Positions 12,936 through 26,680 of a stretch of 64,000 nucleotides of DNA are shown piece by piece. The position numbers were made by a program, and so were the translations under genes. The DNA is taken from positions 42,408,001 to 42,472,000 of the forward strand of contig NC_043013.1 of NCBI RefSeq assembly GCF_006345805.1. Reading direction: 5' to 3'. This DNA comes from Octopus sinensis (lineage: Eukaryota). The notes below the pieces were generated by a model. That model saw nothing but the letters and a program-made list of their open reading frames with translations. It was not told the DNA's origin and made no database searches. Every line of letters begins with the position of its first letter. The first letter of the stretch is position 1.

Positions 12936-13281
12936 TAGGGAAGTTGCTGGTTTGAGTTTCGTTGTCCTTGCACCAACGGTCTAGAAGGAATTAACGAACA
13001 TAAAAACGTAACGGACAGAGAAATATCACTCAAATTTATAATAGTCTTCATCCTTTATTGTTTCAATCATTGGACTGCGGCCATGCTGGGATACTGCCTT
13101 GAAGGGTTTAGTCGTAGAAATCAACCCCAGGACTTATTTTTAAGCCGGTACTTATTCTATCGGTCTCTCTTCACCGAACAGCTAGTTTGCGTGGACATAA
13201 ACAAACCACTACCGTTTGTCAAGCAGTTGTGGTGGCAAAATAACACGGGTACAAAGACACACAGATACATACATACAGACA

Positions 13282-13435
13282 TATGAAGGGTGCTGAAAAG
13301 TTCCTGGCTTTAAGGGTATCGCGAAAGGCCTTGCTGCGGTTCCAACATTCCCAGTTTTTTTACAGGGCTTAGAAAAAATTAAGGACCGCTGCAATAAGTG
13401 TGTGACTCTGAGAGGGGAATATATTGAATAAAATC
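13282..13435 (+). mobile_element. mariner-derived MITE fragment (left TIR)
   Basis: TIR gggtgctgaaaagttcctgg joined to C-terminal GLEKIKDRCNKCVTLRGEYIE*; sister copy with right TIR at 63597-63788. Confidence 0.75.
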
Positions 13436-13539
13436 CTAAGACCCCCCCCCCACTGCACGATATACAGATGTATGTAATGCTAAAGGGTTGTACCTGATTG
13501 ATTTGGAAATTCGTTTTCACACATTATTCAAATATATAT

Positions 13540-14020
13540 ACTCTTTTACTCTTTTACTTGCTTCAGTCATTTGACTGTGACCATGCTGTGACCATGCATT
13601 CTTCTACTGCTCTAGGGACCAATTCTGTAGGTTTTTACTCCACTCTAAATGCATGGTCACAGTCAAATGACTGAAGCATGGTCACAGTCAAATGGTCACA
13701 GTCTTTAGTCGTGCAAATCGACCCAAGGACTTATTCTTTGTAAGCCTGGTACTTATAAAGTATTGGTCTCTTTTACCGAACCGCTAAGTTACGGGGATGT
13801 AAACACACCAGCATCGGTTGTCAAGCGATGTTGGGGAACAAACACAGACACACAAACATATACACACACACATATATATATATATACATATATAAGACGG
13901 GCTTCTTTCAGTTTCCGTCTACCAAATCCACTCACAAGGCTTTGGTCTTCCCGAGGCTATAGTAGAAGATACTTGCCCAAGGTGCCTCGCAGTGGGAATG
14001 AACCCGGAACCATGTGGTTC
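13540..14020 (-). mobile_element. SINE family A with rearranged tail
   Basis: Reverse complement of family A; templated inverted insertions at 13559-13702. Confidence 0.85.
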
Positions 14021-14581
14021 GTACGGCCCGGAGTTATATTAGGAATCACTTGCCCAGAGTTCCACTCAGTGGGGCTAAACCCGGAACGATGTAATTGGGA
14101 TGGTTTCTTTCTGTTTCCGTTTACCAAATCTATTCACAACGCTCTGGTTGGCCGAAGGCTATAGCACACAAGTTACCTACCCACGATGCGACGAATTGGT
14201 ATCGAACCCAAGCTCAGAAGGTTAGGAAGCAATCTTCTTAGCCGCATAGACACGACTACGCCTCGGTTTGTTTGTTCTTTAGGGCGGGGGAGGATTGGAT
14301 GACAAAAAAGCAATCATGAAATATAAAATAAGTTTTGCAAATTTAAAAGGATTTGCCAACAATAACACAAGTTGTGTGGGAAGCAAACGAGATCAACAAT
14401 CTATTGAAGTACGAAAATCATCAACTCTTCATAAGCTTTAGTTTTGGCTTCATTGCGCTTGAATGGTTCAAAAGTCTGCTAAGCTATTTAGAAGAGATAA
14501 TATTTAATTCTAGACACATACATACATAGATACATACATACATACATACATACATACATACATACATACATACATACATAG

Positions 14582-14637
<56 letters not shown>

Positions 14638-14648
14638 CCGACAGACAG

Positions 14649-14713
<65 letters not shown>

Positions 14714-14756
14714 CGTACATACATACATACATACATACATACATACATACATAGTA

Positions 14757-14906
14757 GCTGTATGGTAAGAAGTTTACTTCCCAACCACTTGGCTGTGGGT
14801 TCAGTCCCACTGCGTGACACCTCGGGCAAGTGTCGTCTACTATAGCCTCGGGAAGACCAAAGCTTTGTGGGTGGATTTGGTAGACGGAAACTGAAAGAAG
14901 CCTGTC

Positions 14907-14961
<55 letters not shown>

Positions 14962-15175
14962 TGTGCTTGTGTGTCCGTGTTTGCCCCCCCCCCACTATCG
15001 TTTGACAACCGATGCTGGTGTGTTTACGTCTCCGTAACTTAGCGGTTCAGCAATAGAGACCGATAGCATGAGTACTAGGCTTACAAAGAATAAGTTCTAG
15101 TGTCGATTTGTTCGACTAAAGGCGGTGCTCCAGCATGGCCGCATCAACTGACTGAAACAAATAAAAGAATAAAAT
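14757..15175 (+). mobile_element. full-length SINE family A
   Basis: Same head, internal (TG)n and tail as 9201-9670. Confidence 0.9.
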
Positions 15176-15664
15176 AATGTATCTATTTAACGACCTACAG
15201 GCGCAGGCTTGGCTGTGTGGGTAAGAAGCACACATTGCTGCCATGTGGTTTCAGGTTCAGTCCCTTTGCACAACACTTTGGTCAAGTGTCTTCTACTATT
15301 ACTTGGCCGACTAATGCCTTGATAGATAGAAACTGTATCGAAGTCTGCAGTATAAATACATACATACATAGATATATATATACACATACATGCGTACATG
15401 GATACATTGTGTGTGTGTGCACGCGCGCGTGTGTATGTAATTGTAGCAAAATGTGGCACTGGAAGAGGATGAAAGAACATAAGGAAAGCAAAACAAAAAA
15501 CTAGAAAGGACGTGAACACAATCACCCCTCGTCAGTTATCGACCAAAATTCACCACAATTTCGACGCTTCATCGATTATATTGTTCGATATGGCGCCGTA
15601 AACATCAAAAAGCTGCTGAGCAAATGTGAAAGACAGAATGAGATAAGAACAAAAAGATGTGTGT

Positions 15665-15715
<51 letters not shown>

Positions 15716-15984
15716 TGTGTGTGTGTGTGTCTGTGTGTATTTGTGTGTACCTGTGTGTATCTTTCTTTGTGATTGTCGCCTACCACTTGACAACCACTGC
15801 TGGTTTGTTTACATGTCCATAACTTAGCGGTCGGTAAAAGATCGAGAGAATAAGTACCGGGCTACAAGAATAAGTACTTGGGTCGATTTGCTCGACGAAA
15901 CCCATTCACGACGGTACTCCAGCATGGCCGTAAGACCAGTGACTGAAACAAATAAAATAAATCCTTCTCGACACCTAAATAAAT

Positions 15985-16381
15985 ATTCTTTTTTACTCTA
16001 GGAACAGGGCCCTAAATTTTGGGGGAGGGGCCAGTCGACTATATAGACCCCAGTACGCAACTGGTACTTAATTTATCGACCCCGAAAGGATGAAAAGGCA
16101 AAGTCGACCTCGACAGAACTTGAACTCAGAACGTAGCGGCAAACGAAATACCTACTTCTTTACTACCCACAAGGGGCTAAACACAGAGGGGACAAACAAG
16201 GACAGACAAACGAATTAAGTCGATTATATCGACCCCAGTGCGTAACTGTTACTTAATTTATCAACCCCAAAAGGATGAAAGGCAAAGTCGACCTCGGCGG
16301 AATTTGAACTCAGAACGTAGCGGCAGAAAAAATACCGCTAAGCATTTCGCCCGGCGTGCTAATGTTTCTGCCAGCTCGCCA
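15985..16381 (-). mobile_element. SINE family B, multimeric copy
   Basis: Reverse complement of ggcgagctggcagaaac..gttctgagttcaaattccgccgaggtcgactttgcctttcatcctt..; Deu/Nin-like ttcatcctttcggggtcgataaa..agtaccag core. Confidence 0.85.
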
Positions 16382-16589
16382 CCTTCCTAATGCAATAATA
16401 TTGGTTTCAAATTTTAGCACAAGGCCAGCTATTTTGGAGGATGAGATAATTCGATTACGTTGTCCACTGTGTTCAACTGATACTTATTCTATCGACCCTA
16501 GAAGTATGAAAAGCAAACTCGACCTCGGGGGAATTTGAACTCAGAACATAGACAGACGAAATACCGCTAAGCTGATTTGCTTCGGTGGA

Positions 16590-17010
16590 CAGCATCATCA
16601 TCATCAGCAGCAGCAGCAGCAGCACCGCCACTACTACCACCACCACCACACCACCAATACCACCGCCATCACCATTACTGTTATTAATACTTCCTCTACT
16701 ACCATCACCGCGACCACCACCACTACTGCTACTACTACTACTACTACTACTACCATCACAACCACCGCCGTCAATACCTCCATCGCTACCACCCCATCAC
16801 CAAAACCACCACCACCACCACCATCACCACGAGCATCACCACTAGCATCACCACTACCACCATAACCACTACCATCACCACCAGCACCATCACCACGAGC
16901 ATCACCACGAGCATCACCACTACCACCATCACCACCACCACCACCACCACCACCACCACCACCACGACTACTACTATTACTACTACTACTACTACTACTA
17001 CTACTACAAC
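16590..17010. repeat. compound triplet repeat (CAC/CAT/CTA)n
   Basis: Seen directly. Confidence 0.9.
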
Positions 17011-17464
17011 ACCTACAGATATTAGCAGATTAATCATTCACTGACTCACAGTAAAGGTTTTCTTTTTTTGAAACCTTATAAACTAAAATAACACGAAAAA
17101 TACATGTCTTATCCATGCTGTTCGTATAAATATTTCATGTGTTCATGTGAATTTCATTAGATCTGTAGGCAAAGCCAGACTTAATGAATAAATTAATATA
17201 GTATAATATCAATGGATATTCATTTATAAGCATGGGTAATTATGAATGTCGGTTTGTTTGCTATGCACAATGTCAGTCGTAATGCACAACAGACATGGAC
17301 ACATGTGGCAGAACATGTACTGGAAAAAATACACTGCTATAAATTACTATACTCTTTTACTTGTTTCAGTCATTTGACTGCGGCCGTGCTGGAGCATCGC
17401 CTTTAGTCGAGCAAATCGACCCCAGGACTTATTCTTTGTAAGCCTAGTACTAGCCGGACTAGCC

Positions 17465-18805
17465 TATCTCAATGAAGACCTGGAAGAGAAACGATTAGCA
17501 TATCAAAAAAGACCATACGTGGTATGCATGGTCTAGAAGACGATAGTAACACTGACATGAAGCGAAGTCTCTCTTGGATTCGTGACCGCTACATCACGCT
17601 TCGAAAGCTATGCATTTGCAATTCAAGAACAGGAGATTGCTACTAAATACCTTATCAACGAAAGAGACAGTGAAGCCATTGAAGTTCCAAGATGCAACTG
17701 TAAATGTAGATTATGTCATATTTGTGTGGAAGACATCACACATGGGATTAGCAGCTGCCCAAAAATGTCATCAAGGTATCACCTCCCTTATTTCTTTATG
17801 GCTCACAAGGAGCTAAACGTAGAGGGGACAAACAAGGACAGACAAAAGGGATTAAGTCGATTACATCGACCCCAGTACGTAACTGGTACTTAATTTATTG
17901 ACCCCGATAGGATGAAAGGCAAAGTCGACCTCGGCGGAATTTGAACTTAGAACGTAACGGCAGACGAAATACCTATTTCTTTACTACCTACAGGGGGCTA
18001 AACACAGAGAGGACAAACAAGGACAGACAAACGGATTAAGTCGATTATATCGACCCCAGTGCGTAACTGGTACTTATTTAATCGACCCCGAAAGGATGAA
18101 AGGCAAAGTCGACCTTGGCGGAATTTGAACTCAGAACGTAACGGCAGACGAAATACCGCTAAGCATTTCGCCCGGCGTGCTAACGATTCTGCCATCTCGC
18201 CGCCTCCCTATGCGACATGACGTTGTCACAAAAACAATATACAATGCACTTCGGAATAAAAGACTGTCCTAGAATAAATATCCCTGTTATTGAATCCGTA
18301 CACAAATATCAACACAAGGAATGCAGATGGAATATTCCCATCAAAACATCTGTCAAGTGTAAGCATAACAGGCTGGATATTGTTGTTTGGGGCGACAAGA
18401 GAAAGTATGTACCGTGATGGAGGACAGCTGTCCTGCTGATGTGAATATCTCGTTGAAAATCAAAGAGAAAGAAGATAACTATGGACAACTGCTTCGAAAC
18501 CTCCAGCTTCTATATCCGGGTTACAAATTTACATTTATATCAATAATAATAGGAGCTTTTGGTATTGTAAGTAAATGCTTAACTGTCAGTCTAGATAACC
18601 TTGGATTTTCAGAAAAAGAAATCAACCAATTGATTCGCACATTACAAATACAATTTGTAAGTGGAACAGTAAAACTATGCAAGACTTTTCTCAGGTTTAG
18701 AATGTGACATTGTTTTCGCTATCTACATTTCAAAGATGGAGATTTGTATTTTTGTTAGAAAACCAGCTCCTTCTCCAGAGGAAGGCTTTAAATCATTAAT
18801 AAAAC
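17465..18805 (+). mobile_element. R4/Dong-type RLE non-LTR retrotransposon 3' portion, interrupted by a SINE
   Basis: AIQEQEI..CRLC..EDITHGISSC..RHD zinc knuckle, then HNRLDIVV..EDSCP..KEKEDNY..IIIGAFG restriction-like endonuclease; frameshifted. Confidence 0.85.
17790..18202 (-). mobile_element. dimeric SINE family B inserted in the R4-type LINE
   Basis: Two family B units; flanking cctccct(t)a duplication at about 17782 and 18203. Confidence 0.88.
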
Positions 18806-18830
18806 ATACATGTATGCATATATATATATA

Positions 18831-20088
18831 TGTCCAAAAATTAAGGCAACCGACTTTTTTCAATTTTACCAAAGCAAAATATATTTCGGATCCGAGCAGC
18901 ATTGCAACGCAATAGTAAAGGAAATACAATTATGACGCGACTATATTTATTCGATATGACCACCTCTTTTTCGAATCACAGCCTTAAGTCTAGATGCGCA
19001 TGCTTCACACGCAGCATGCAGTTGTTCTTGTGGAAGCGAAGCCCATTCCTGACACAGTTTTGCTTTCAGAGTATCGAGCGAAGCATTAGGAGTGCTCGAG
19101 ACCCTCATCTCCAAAATGGGAAAAACAGAAAAATCGAACGGGTTAAGATCAGGGCTTCTTGAGGGCCATACATCCTTGCCTATGAACGACGGAATATTTT
19201 TTTTGAATCCAGTGCGATGATGCCGGGTTCTGTTGGAGACTCCAAGGTGCCCTTTGAAAGTGTTCATTTGCCCATGGAAGCAGTTCAGTTTCCAGAATGT
19301 CGCTAATGTATCGTTGGGTGTAAATTTTAACACCCGAGGGCACAAGAACGAGGGTAGACCTTCCAGTGGCTGTAATAACTGCCGAAACCATAATGTAGAT
19401 TTTTACGTCGATTTACGTGTCCACTCTCGACGGAGCAAGATACATTCCAAAGTCGGTCATTCTGGTGGTTTACTGTCTGTTCTATATCAAATTTCGTTGA
19501 CAGTGAACACCAGGTTGGACAGCGTCCCTTCAGCAATCCGACGCAGGATAAGACGACTTCTCTCCAGTTTCATGGCCTTATAAACTTGCGTGAGCTCAAG
19601 ATGGCGGATTACCTTGTAGGGGTGGGTCCTGAGATCCTTGTTCAGCACTCGATACATCGATGTTGGACTTACTTTTGCTGTGACAGCCAGTTTCCTGACG
19701 GAACGACGAGGATTTCGCTGTATCTTTTCTCCGGTACTTTCGATAAGCTGAGGAGTCCGCACACTTCTTTTCCGGCCACGTCCAGATCGATCAGTAGTGG
19801 AACCAGTCACTTGAAATTTCTTCACATTTTGCCAGGCAGTTGTTCGGTTAATTTGAAGCTTTTTTGCAATAGCTGCATTATTTTCACCTCCTTTGTCGGG
19901 GCTTACGTTTGTATTTTGGTTTATAGCCATTCCTAATTATCTAATTTATAAGTCTGAATTTATTTAGTCTGAAACTAAAAGAAGACACACTAAGCTCTTA
20001 TAATGATGTATAATTTTCATATCTTATCACATTTATTGATAGTTATCAAAGCCCAAAACTTCGGTTGCCTTAATTTCGGGACACCCTG
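18831..20088 (-). mobile_element. DD37D/maT-type Tc1/mariner transposon, near full length, frameshifted
   Basis: HTH AIAKKLQINRTT..GRGRKRSVRT..RNPRRSVRKLA; catalytic remnants VFT, LQQN, WPSRSPDLNPFDFS; TIRs tgtccaaaaattaaggcaaccga / tcggttgccttaatttcgggacaccctg|TA. Confidence 0.9.
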
Positions 20089-20094
20089 TATATA

Positions 20095-20313
20095 CAGTCG
20101 GCCCAAAAAAATGTATGTCTGTATGCACACTTCAAGAAAGGAAAAATCTGTATAAATATTTTACTTGTATAAGCACTTCTATACATATAAATATTTCTTT
20201 CGATGTTTTATAAAATAGTGATAACATTGAATTAATTGTAATGACACTGAATTGAAATATTTATACAGACTTTTACTTTCCTGAAACATGTGTACATTTT
20301 TTGACGGACTCTG
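20095..20313. mobile_element. Tc1-like MITE
   Basis: TA|cag...ctg|TA ends with long degenerate TIRs (aaaatctgtataaatattt / aaatatttatacagactttt). Confidence 0.7.
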
Positions 20314-20333
20314 TATGTATATACATACATACA

Positions 20334-20418
<85 letters not shown>

Positions 20419-20451
20419 ATATATATATATAATATATATATATATATGTAA

Positions 20452-20604
20452 TTTATTTAAAGCAGCAGAAAATTCAACAAAACCTGTTACTCTGAGATTC
20501 CCGTTGCCGTTCATCGGACAGTTTCTAGCAAAAACTGTCCGATGAACGGCAACGGAAAACTCAGAGTAACAGGTTTTGTTGAATTTTCTGCTGCTTTAAA
20601 TAAA
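20452..20604. repeat. near-perfect palindrome, ~73 bp arms, 7 nt loop
   Basis: tttatttaaagcagcag..ggacagttt / aaactgtcc..ctgctgctttaaataaa. Confidence 0.95.
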
Positions 20605-21448
20605 GCATATTACTCTACCACTGGTATTTGAGTACTCTTTTGTCCACCTTGTTTCACATTTATGTGTTTACTCCGGTGTACATATATATATATATACATA
20701 TATATGAGAATTCTAATACACGAAAATGGAAGGAACACATTTTATTCCAAATTTCTACAACTGTTTCTACGTATGAATGCTGCATATATTATGCATATTA
20801 TTGCATCAATACGATCCAACAATAGCTATATGCTTGCACGTCTTCAGGTGAGTAGAGTCGAGAGGACTGCTGGATCAACTTTTGTTTCCCTTCGTTTTAT
20901 GTCCTAATTCTATTTTTAGCAACACGGAAAAACAAAGAATTGCAAATGAGAAAAAAATATCCCCGCAAAAAAAAGAACAATTAATGGAAATAAAAAAAAA
21001 ACGAAAATATAAAATAAACAAACCCCTTTTCACTCCATTCTTAAGCACAGTTTTGTTTCGTCTTTTATGAAGATAGATGAACAACTTCGGATTATAATGT
21101 CATAAATATATAATTACTAATTTCCTGCATCTGCTAGCGTTCTACTTCAAAGGAAATCATTAGCGCGTGGTCAGTTTGTTGTCATGGTGGGATGCCAAAC
21201 CTGTTTCCCTGCATACTTAGATTTCTCTGCTTATAAACTTAATTTCGGCTGTCACTGGGACTCGTCACAGCTGCTTTACCAGTCATTAAGAGATGCTATT
21301 AAACCAAGATTTACACATACAGATTATTGTGAAATTACATAATTTAGATAAACAACAATATAATTATACTAGTAAAGATAATAAAAAAAAAACCTATAAT
21401 TACATTTTTTTAGTAAAGGAATGATATAATATTAATATCACATGTTTA

Positions 21449-21862
21449 AGGCGGCGAGCTGACAGAAACGTTAACACGCTGGGCGAAATACTTAGCAGTA
21501 TTTCGTTAGTGTTTACGTTCTGAGTTCAAATTCTGCCGAGGTCGACTCTGCCTTTCATCCTTTCGGGGTCGATAAATTAAGTACCAGTTACGCATTGGGG
21601 TCGATGTAATCGACTTAATCCCTTTGTTTGTTCTTGTTTGTCCCCTCTATGTTTAGCCCCATGTGGGCAGTAAAGAAATAAGAAACGTTAACACGCTGGG
21701 CGAAAAACTTAGTTAGTGTTTACGTTCTGAGTTCAAATTCTGCCGAGGTCGACTCTGCCTTTCATCCTTTCAGGGTCGATAAATTAAGTACCAGTTGCGT
21801 AGTGGAGTCGATACTGGCCCCCTCCTCCAAAATTTCGGGCCTGATGCCTAGAGTAGAGAAGA
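21449..21862 (+). mobile_element. SINE family B, two tandem units
   Basis: ggcggcgagctgacagaaacgtt head, then a second unit from about 21681. Confidence 0.85.
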
Positions 21863-23459
21863 TTAATTCCCATGTTTTTTCCAAATTCAAGAAACGAGAT
21901 TTTAAGTTTATGGTTACATGTTAGATGAATTTCAGAATGCTTGTTGATGATACTATCATTGCATAATAATATTTCAGTGTTTCTTCCTGGCAAAAGTTAC
22001 ACGTTTTTGAATATGTATTATATGAGTATGCATTTCGTATCACTGAACAAGTCGAGATTGTGTCGTATCTTATTCTATTTCAGATCCCATACAGAGTCAG
22101 CGACAGATATGCATTGTCTTTAGCTGCTATTTCTAAATGATGCTGTATGATCCCTCCAGCGATCGTTGAAGTTGTCGCTGCACCTATATATGCATATACA
22201 TGTGCATCTATTCATTTGTATACAATGTTTCTACGTAAACACTTGTTCGCCAAAAGACATGCTTTCTTATCTCTACAATTGCACTCTTACAACGCTATTT
22301 GCAGCCAGGTTACCGGTTGTATTCATTTTTATATCTTTCTTCTTAATGGCATTGTTGTTGTCATTGTTAGTATTTTTTATATTCATTGTTCTCATTACTT
22401 TAATTCTCAGTGTTATTATCAATGCTTATATTCCCATCGTTACTCATTATTTACGTTAAAGTTGACATTTACGCTTATAATAGAATCATTTGGCTCACTA
22501 TGATAATACCCACTGCTATCGTGGTCGTCCCTTTTAGCTAGACCTACGCTACTTCGGATGATATTCTTAGAATTTGTGATCGCTAGATTCAGCTTCCTAT
22601 AGTTAAGTTTATGAATATGATATTCGGTTATTTGACGTTGCATAGGACAGCTTCACCATATGCCTGTGAAAAAATTTAAAGTATCTCCTGGATTTAGGGA
22701 AATGTTTTTCTAATGCGGAGAAAAAATTCTTTAATAATTTTAGATGCTGCATGTAATCCAAACACCGGATTAGACAATAAAATACTACCTTTATTAGACT
22801 TATAAGATTTAGTGTAATTGTTAGCACGCTTAATAGAATTAGACAGGCTGGAATTTAAGTAAGCTTCTTTTCTTATTATTATTTCTTAACTATACAATAG
22901 TTAGGTGTATATTTAATTTTTTCATTGTAATCCAGCACTGGCCAATGCTGCATTGTAATATTCTACGTGAGAATCAAATATTGTTTCACTAACTAAGAGC
23001 CTGGAAATTCTATTTGACACACTTTTCACTATACTATTTAAATCAGAATGTGAATCTGGAAAAGAATGAAAATTCTTAAGAGATCAGTAGCTTGTGCTGG
23101 CTCGTTTGATCCCATCGTTATGTCGAAATAATCCATTTTATCCGATCTTGTTCAGAATTTATTATCGTAATCTATTATTGTATTACGAGCAGCTAGTATA
23201 ATATCTATTTCATATCTTGATAAATTAGAATTGAGGTTGGTGAGTATTAGGGTCTTATTTAATAATATTAGATTAATCACAGAAAAATAAAATTAAGGTA
23301 TCAAGTTGTATATACTTCTTGCTATTTTTATTGTCCAGTTTTTTAACCAACGAATAAAATCCAGTGTTTCGGACCACACTGCTAATACACATACACAAAT
23401 GAGTGTGTAAGTGTATGTGTGTGCGTGTGATTGTGAGTGTCTGTGCGTGCGTGCGTGTG

Positions 23460-23527
<68 letters not shown>

Positions 23528-23941
23528 TGTCTGTGTCTGTCTGTCTGTCTGTCTGTCTGTGTTGAAAACAGAGAAGAAAATTTACAGAAATATTTATATA
23601 AAATATTTATATAAAACTTTATAAATGAAATGTACTGTTTATGGAATCTACTGGTTTCACTTTTTAAAGATATGCATGATTTTTTTAATGATTATATGGA
23701 CTAGAACTACGTGTTAAGGGTGATCTTGTAATAATCTCATGTCATATATATCTGATGATGGTAACAGGGGTGTATAATAAATACTTATTAACCGTAACAG
23801 GAAATGTAATAAATGGAATATCCATTTACATAGCTTAATTATGGTAATAAATACGAATGTGAGAAAAATTTATGAAATGTAAATGTTATCAAAATTAATT
23901 AAATTCGAAAATTGAAACGACCTCTATCGTTATATAATTGT

Positions 23942-24042
<101 letters not shown>

Positions 24043-24134
24043 AACAACAGAAATAATACTTTCCGCCTGAACGAACGCACAAAACAAGAAACTAGGAGCA
24101 CCAACATGAATCATCAGATTTGATGATATATACG

Positions 24135-24166
<32 letters not shown>

Positions 24167-24224
24167 TGTATGTATTTGTGTATGTGTAGCTAATGTGTGT
24201 GTATATAAATGTATGTATGTACAT

Positions 24225-24279
<55 letters not shown>

Positions 24280-25085
24280 GCATACATACACATAGGAATA
24301 TGTCAACTTGTAAATGTATACTTATGTATAAATATATTCATGCATTCATATATACATAAATATGTACAAAATGTGCGCGTACCAGTGTGTATGCGTGTAT
24401 ATATATATATACAGACACATATACACATTATACATACATACATACATACATACATACATACGTACGTACGTACATACATACATACATACATACATACATA
24501 CATACATACATACATACATACATACATACATACATACATACATACATAGACACCCACCCATCGCATAACAACTCTCACGATATCATGTTAACATGCTGGA
24601 AACAAAGACCCTATTAAAAGAGAACAGCAACTGTTTTGATAACGGATAAGTATAGTGCGTGTGTGTGGAGGGGAGAGCATGCTTAGACCAGAGGCTGAGT
24701 CGTAAGAGAGATTCTGGGTTGGGTGTAATGATGTTATGCGTTTAATGTATGCGTGTATGTTTCTGTATGTATGTGTGTTTTTATGTGTGTGCGTGTCGGT
24801 GTGCGACTGCGTGAGTGCTTGGTGGTGTTTGCATGTAACTGTGGGTAAGCGTAACTATAGTGTCGTGTTAAAAGTCTTTGAGTATCTGTGTGTATGTTAA
24901 GTGTGCGTTAGACTGTGTCAGGTGTTCATGTGTGTGTGTGCGTATGTTTATACGTGTATAAATGTCAGTGTGTGCGCGCGTATGTGACTGCATATTTGTA
25001 TGTACGAATATACATACAACCATATAAAGTGTGTGTGTATGTGTGTATACACACACAACACACACCACACACACACATATATATA

Positions 25086-25122
<37 letters not shown>

Positions 25123-25169
25123 ATATATATATATATATATTATATATCGTATAATATATAATAACATAT

Positions 25170-25259
<90 letters not shown>

Positions 25260-25481
25260 TATATATATATCGAGAGAGAGAGATTGGGTTTCATACGGAA
25301 GAACGTGAGAGTTAAACAGATATAAAATGCGGCTATCTGTCTGCCTGTGTCTATGTACCTATGTATGTATGTATGTATGTATGTATGTATGTATGTATGT
25401 ATGTATGTATGCAGCATGTATGTATGTATGTATGTATGTATGTATGCATGCATGCATGTATGTATGTATGTATGCATGTAT

Positions 25482-25581
25482 NNNNNNNNNNNNNNNNNNN
25501 NNNNNNNNNNNNNNNNNNNNNNNNNNNNNNNNNNNNNNNNNNNNNNNNNNNNNNNNNNNNNNNNNNNNNNNNNNNNNNNNN
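25482..25581. other. assembly gap (100 N)
   Basis: Seen directly. Confidence 1.
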
Positions 25582-26680
25582 GTTCTGTTAAACTGGACAA
25601 AAAAGCTACAGAAACTGGGCAAAAGGCTACAGAAACTGGGCAAAAGGCTACAGAAACTGGACAAAAAGGTTACAGAAACTGGGCAAAAAGGCTACAGAAA
25701 CTGGGCAAAATGCTACAGAAACTGGACAAAAAGGTTACAGAAACTGGGCAAAAAGGCTACAGAAACTGGGCAAAAGGCTACAGAAACTGGGCAAAAGGCT
25801 ACAGAAACTGGACAAAAAGGTTACAGAAACTGGGCAAAAAGGCTACAGAAACTGGGCAAAAGGCTACAGTAACGACAAAAATCTACAGAAACTGGGCAAA
25901 AAATCTACAGAAACTGGGCAAAAAGGCTACAGAAACTGGGCAAAAGGCTACAGAAACTGGACAAAAAGGCTACAGAAACTGGGCAAAAAGGCTACAGAAA
26001 CTGGGCAAAAGGCTACAGAAACTGGGCAAAAGGCTACAGAAACTGGGCAAAAGGCTACAGAAACTGGACAAAAAGGTTACAGAAACTGGGCAAAAAGGCT
26101 ACAGAAACTGGGCAAAAGGGTTACAGAAACTGGGCAAAAAGGCTACAGAAACATATGAAATATTCCGAACTGGTTATGGATTAACGTGTATGGGCCGAGC
26201 ATCTGCTTTTTACTGGCGCAAGAGATAGGCAAAGCAAGATCACCAAGAAGCTTATGATGATCTCCTTTTCTAACATCAAGGGCTTCAGTTATATCCAGTG
26301 CGTTCCCTCTGGTCAGACAGTCAACAAAGAATATTTTGTGAAGATTTTGATGGAGCTCGGGCAGAGATAGAGCTCGCCAGAGTACGTACACCAGTGCAAT
26401 GCACAAGTCTACAATTCCTTCGTGATGAGTATCAGAACGGTTCTTCGTCCTCTCTACAGTCCAGATCTTGTTCCCGTGACTCTTGTTTCGTTCCCGAGCT
26501 GAATAAGAAGGTTGTGACGAGAGTTCTGGACAGTTTTACACTGGAGGATCACAACGGAGTATTCACAAAGTTGCTGGAGCGCTACAAGTATATCGAAGTC
26601 AGAGGAACGGGCTTTGAAGGAGATTAGAGTTTGTGCTTCAATAAAATTAATAAGTCTCAAAACTTCTGGAATGTATTTTG
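25582..26680 (+). mobile_element. decayed mariner transposon hosting the minisatellite
   Basis: VKLGKKATETYEIFRTGYGLTCMGRASAFYWRKR (HTH); VPSGQTVNKEY; PLYSPDL; ERYKYIEVRGTGFEGD* all match mariner transposase motifs in order. Confidence 0.85.
25590..26150 (+). repeat. 21-22 bp minisatellite (aaactgggcaaaa(a)ggctacag), about 26 units
   Basis: Seen directly. Confidence 0.95.

Noticed and set aside
16585-17037. Poly-His/Pro/Thr and poly-Val ORFs
   Set aside because: Triplet repeat without splice or domain evidence
22147-22503. 118 aa hydrophobic ORF in unique sequence
   Set aside because: No recognisable motif or splice context; consistent with chance in T-rich DNA
25590-26150. CRISPR-like array
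   Set aside because: Contiguous tandem units, no unique spacers, no cas genes, eukaryotic context
25347-26228. 293 aa repetitive ORF
   Set aside because: Spans the N gap, microsatellite and minisatellite; only the end is mariner-derived
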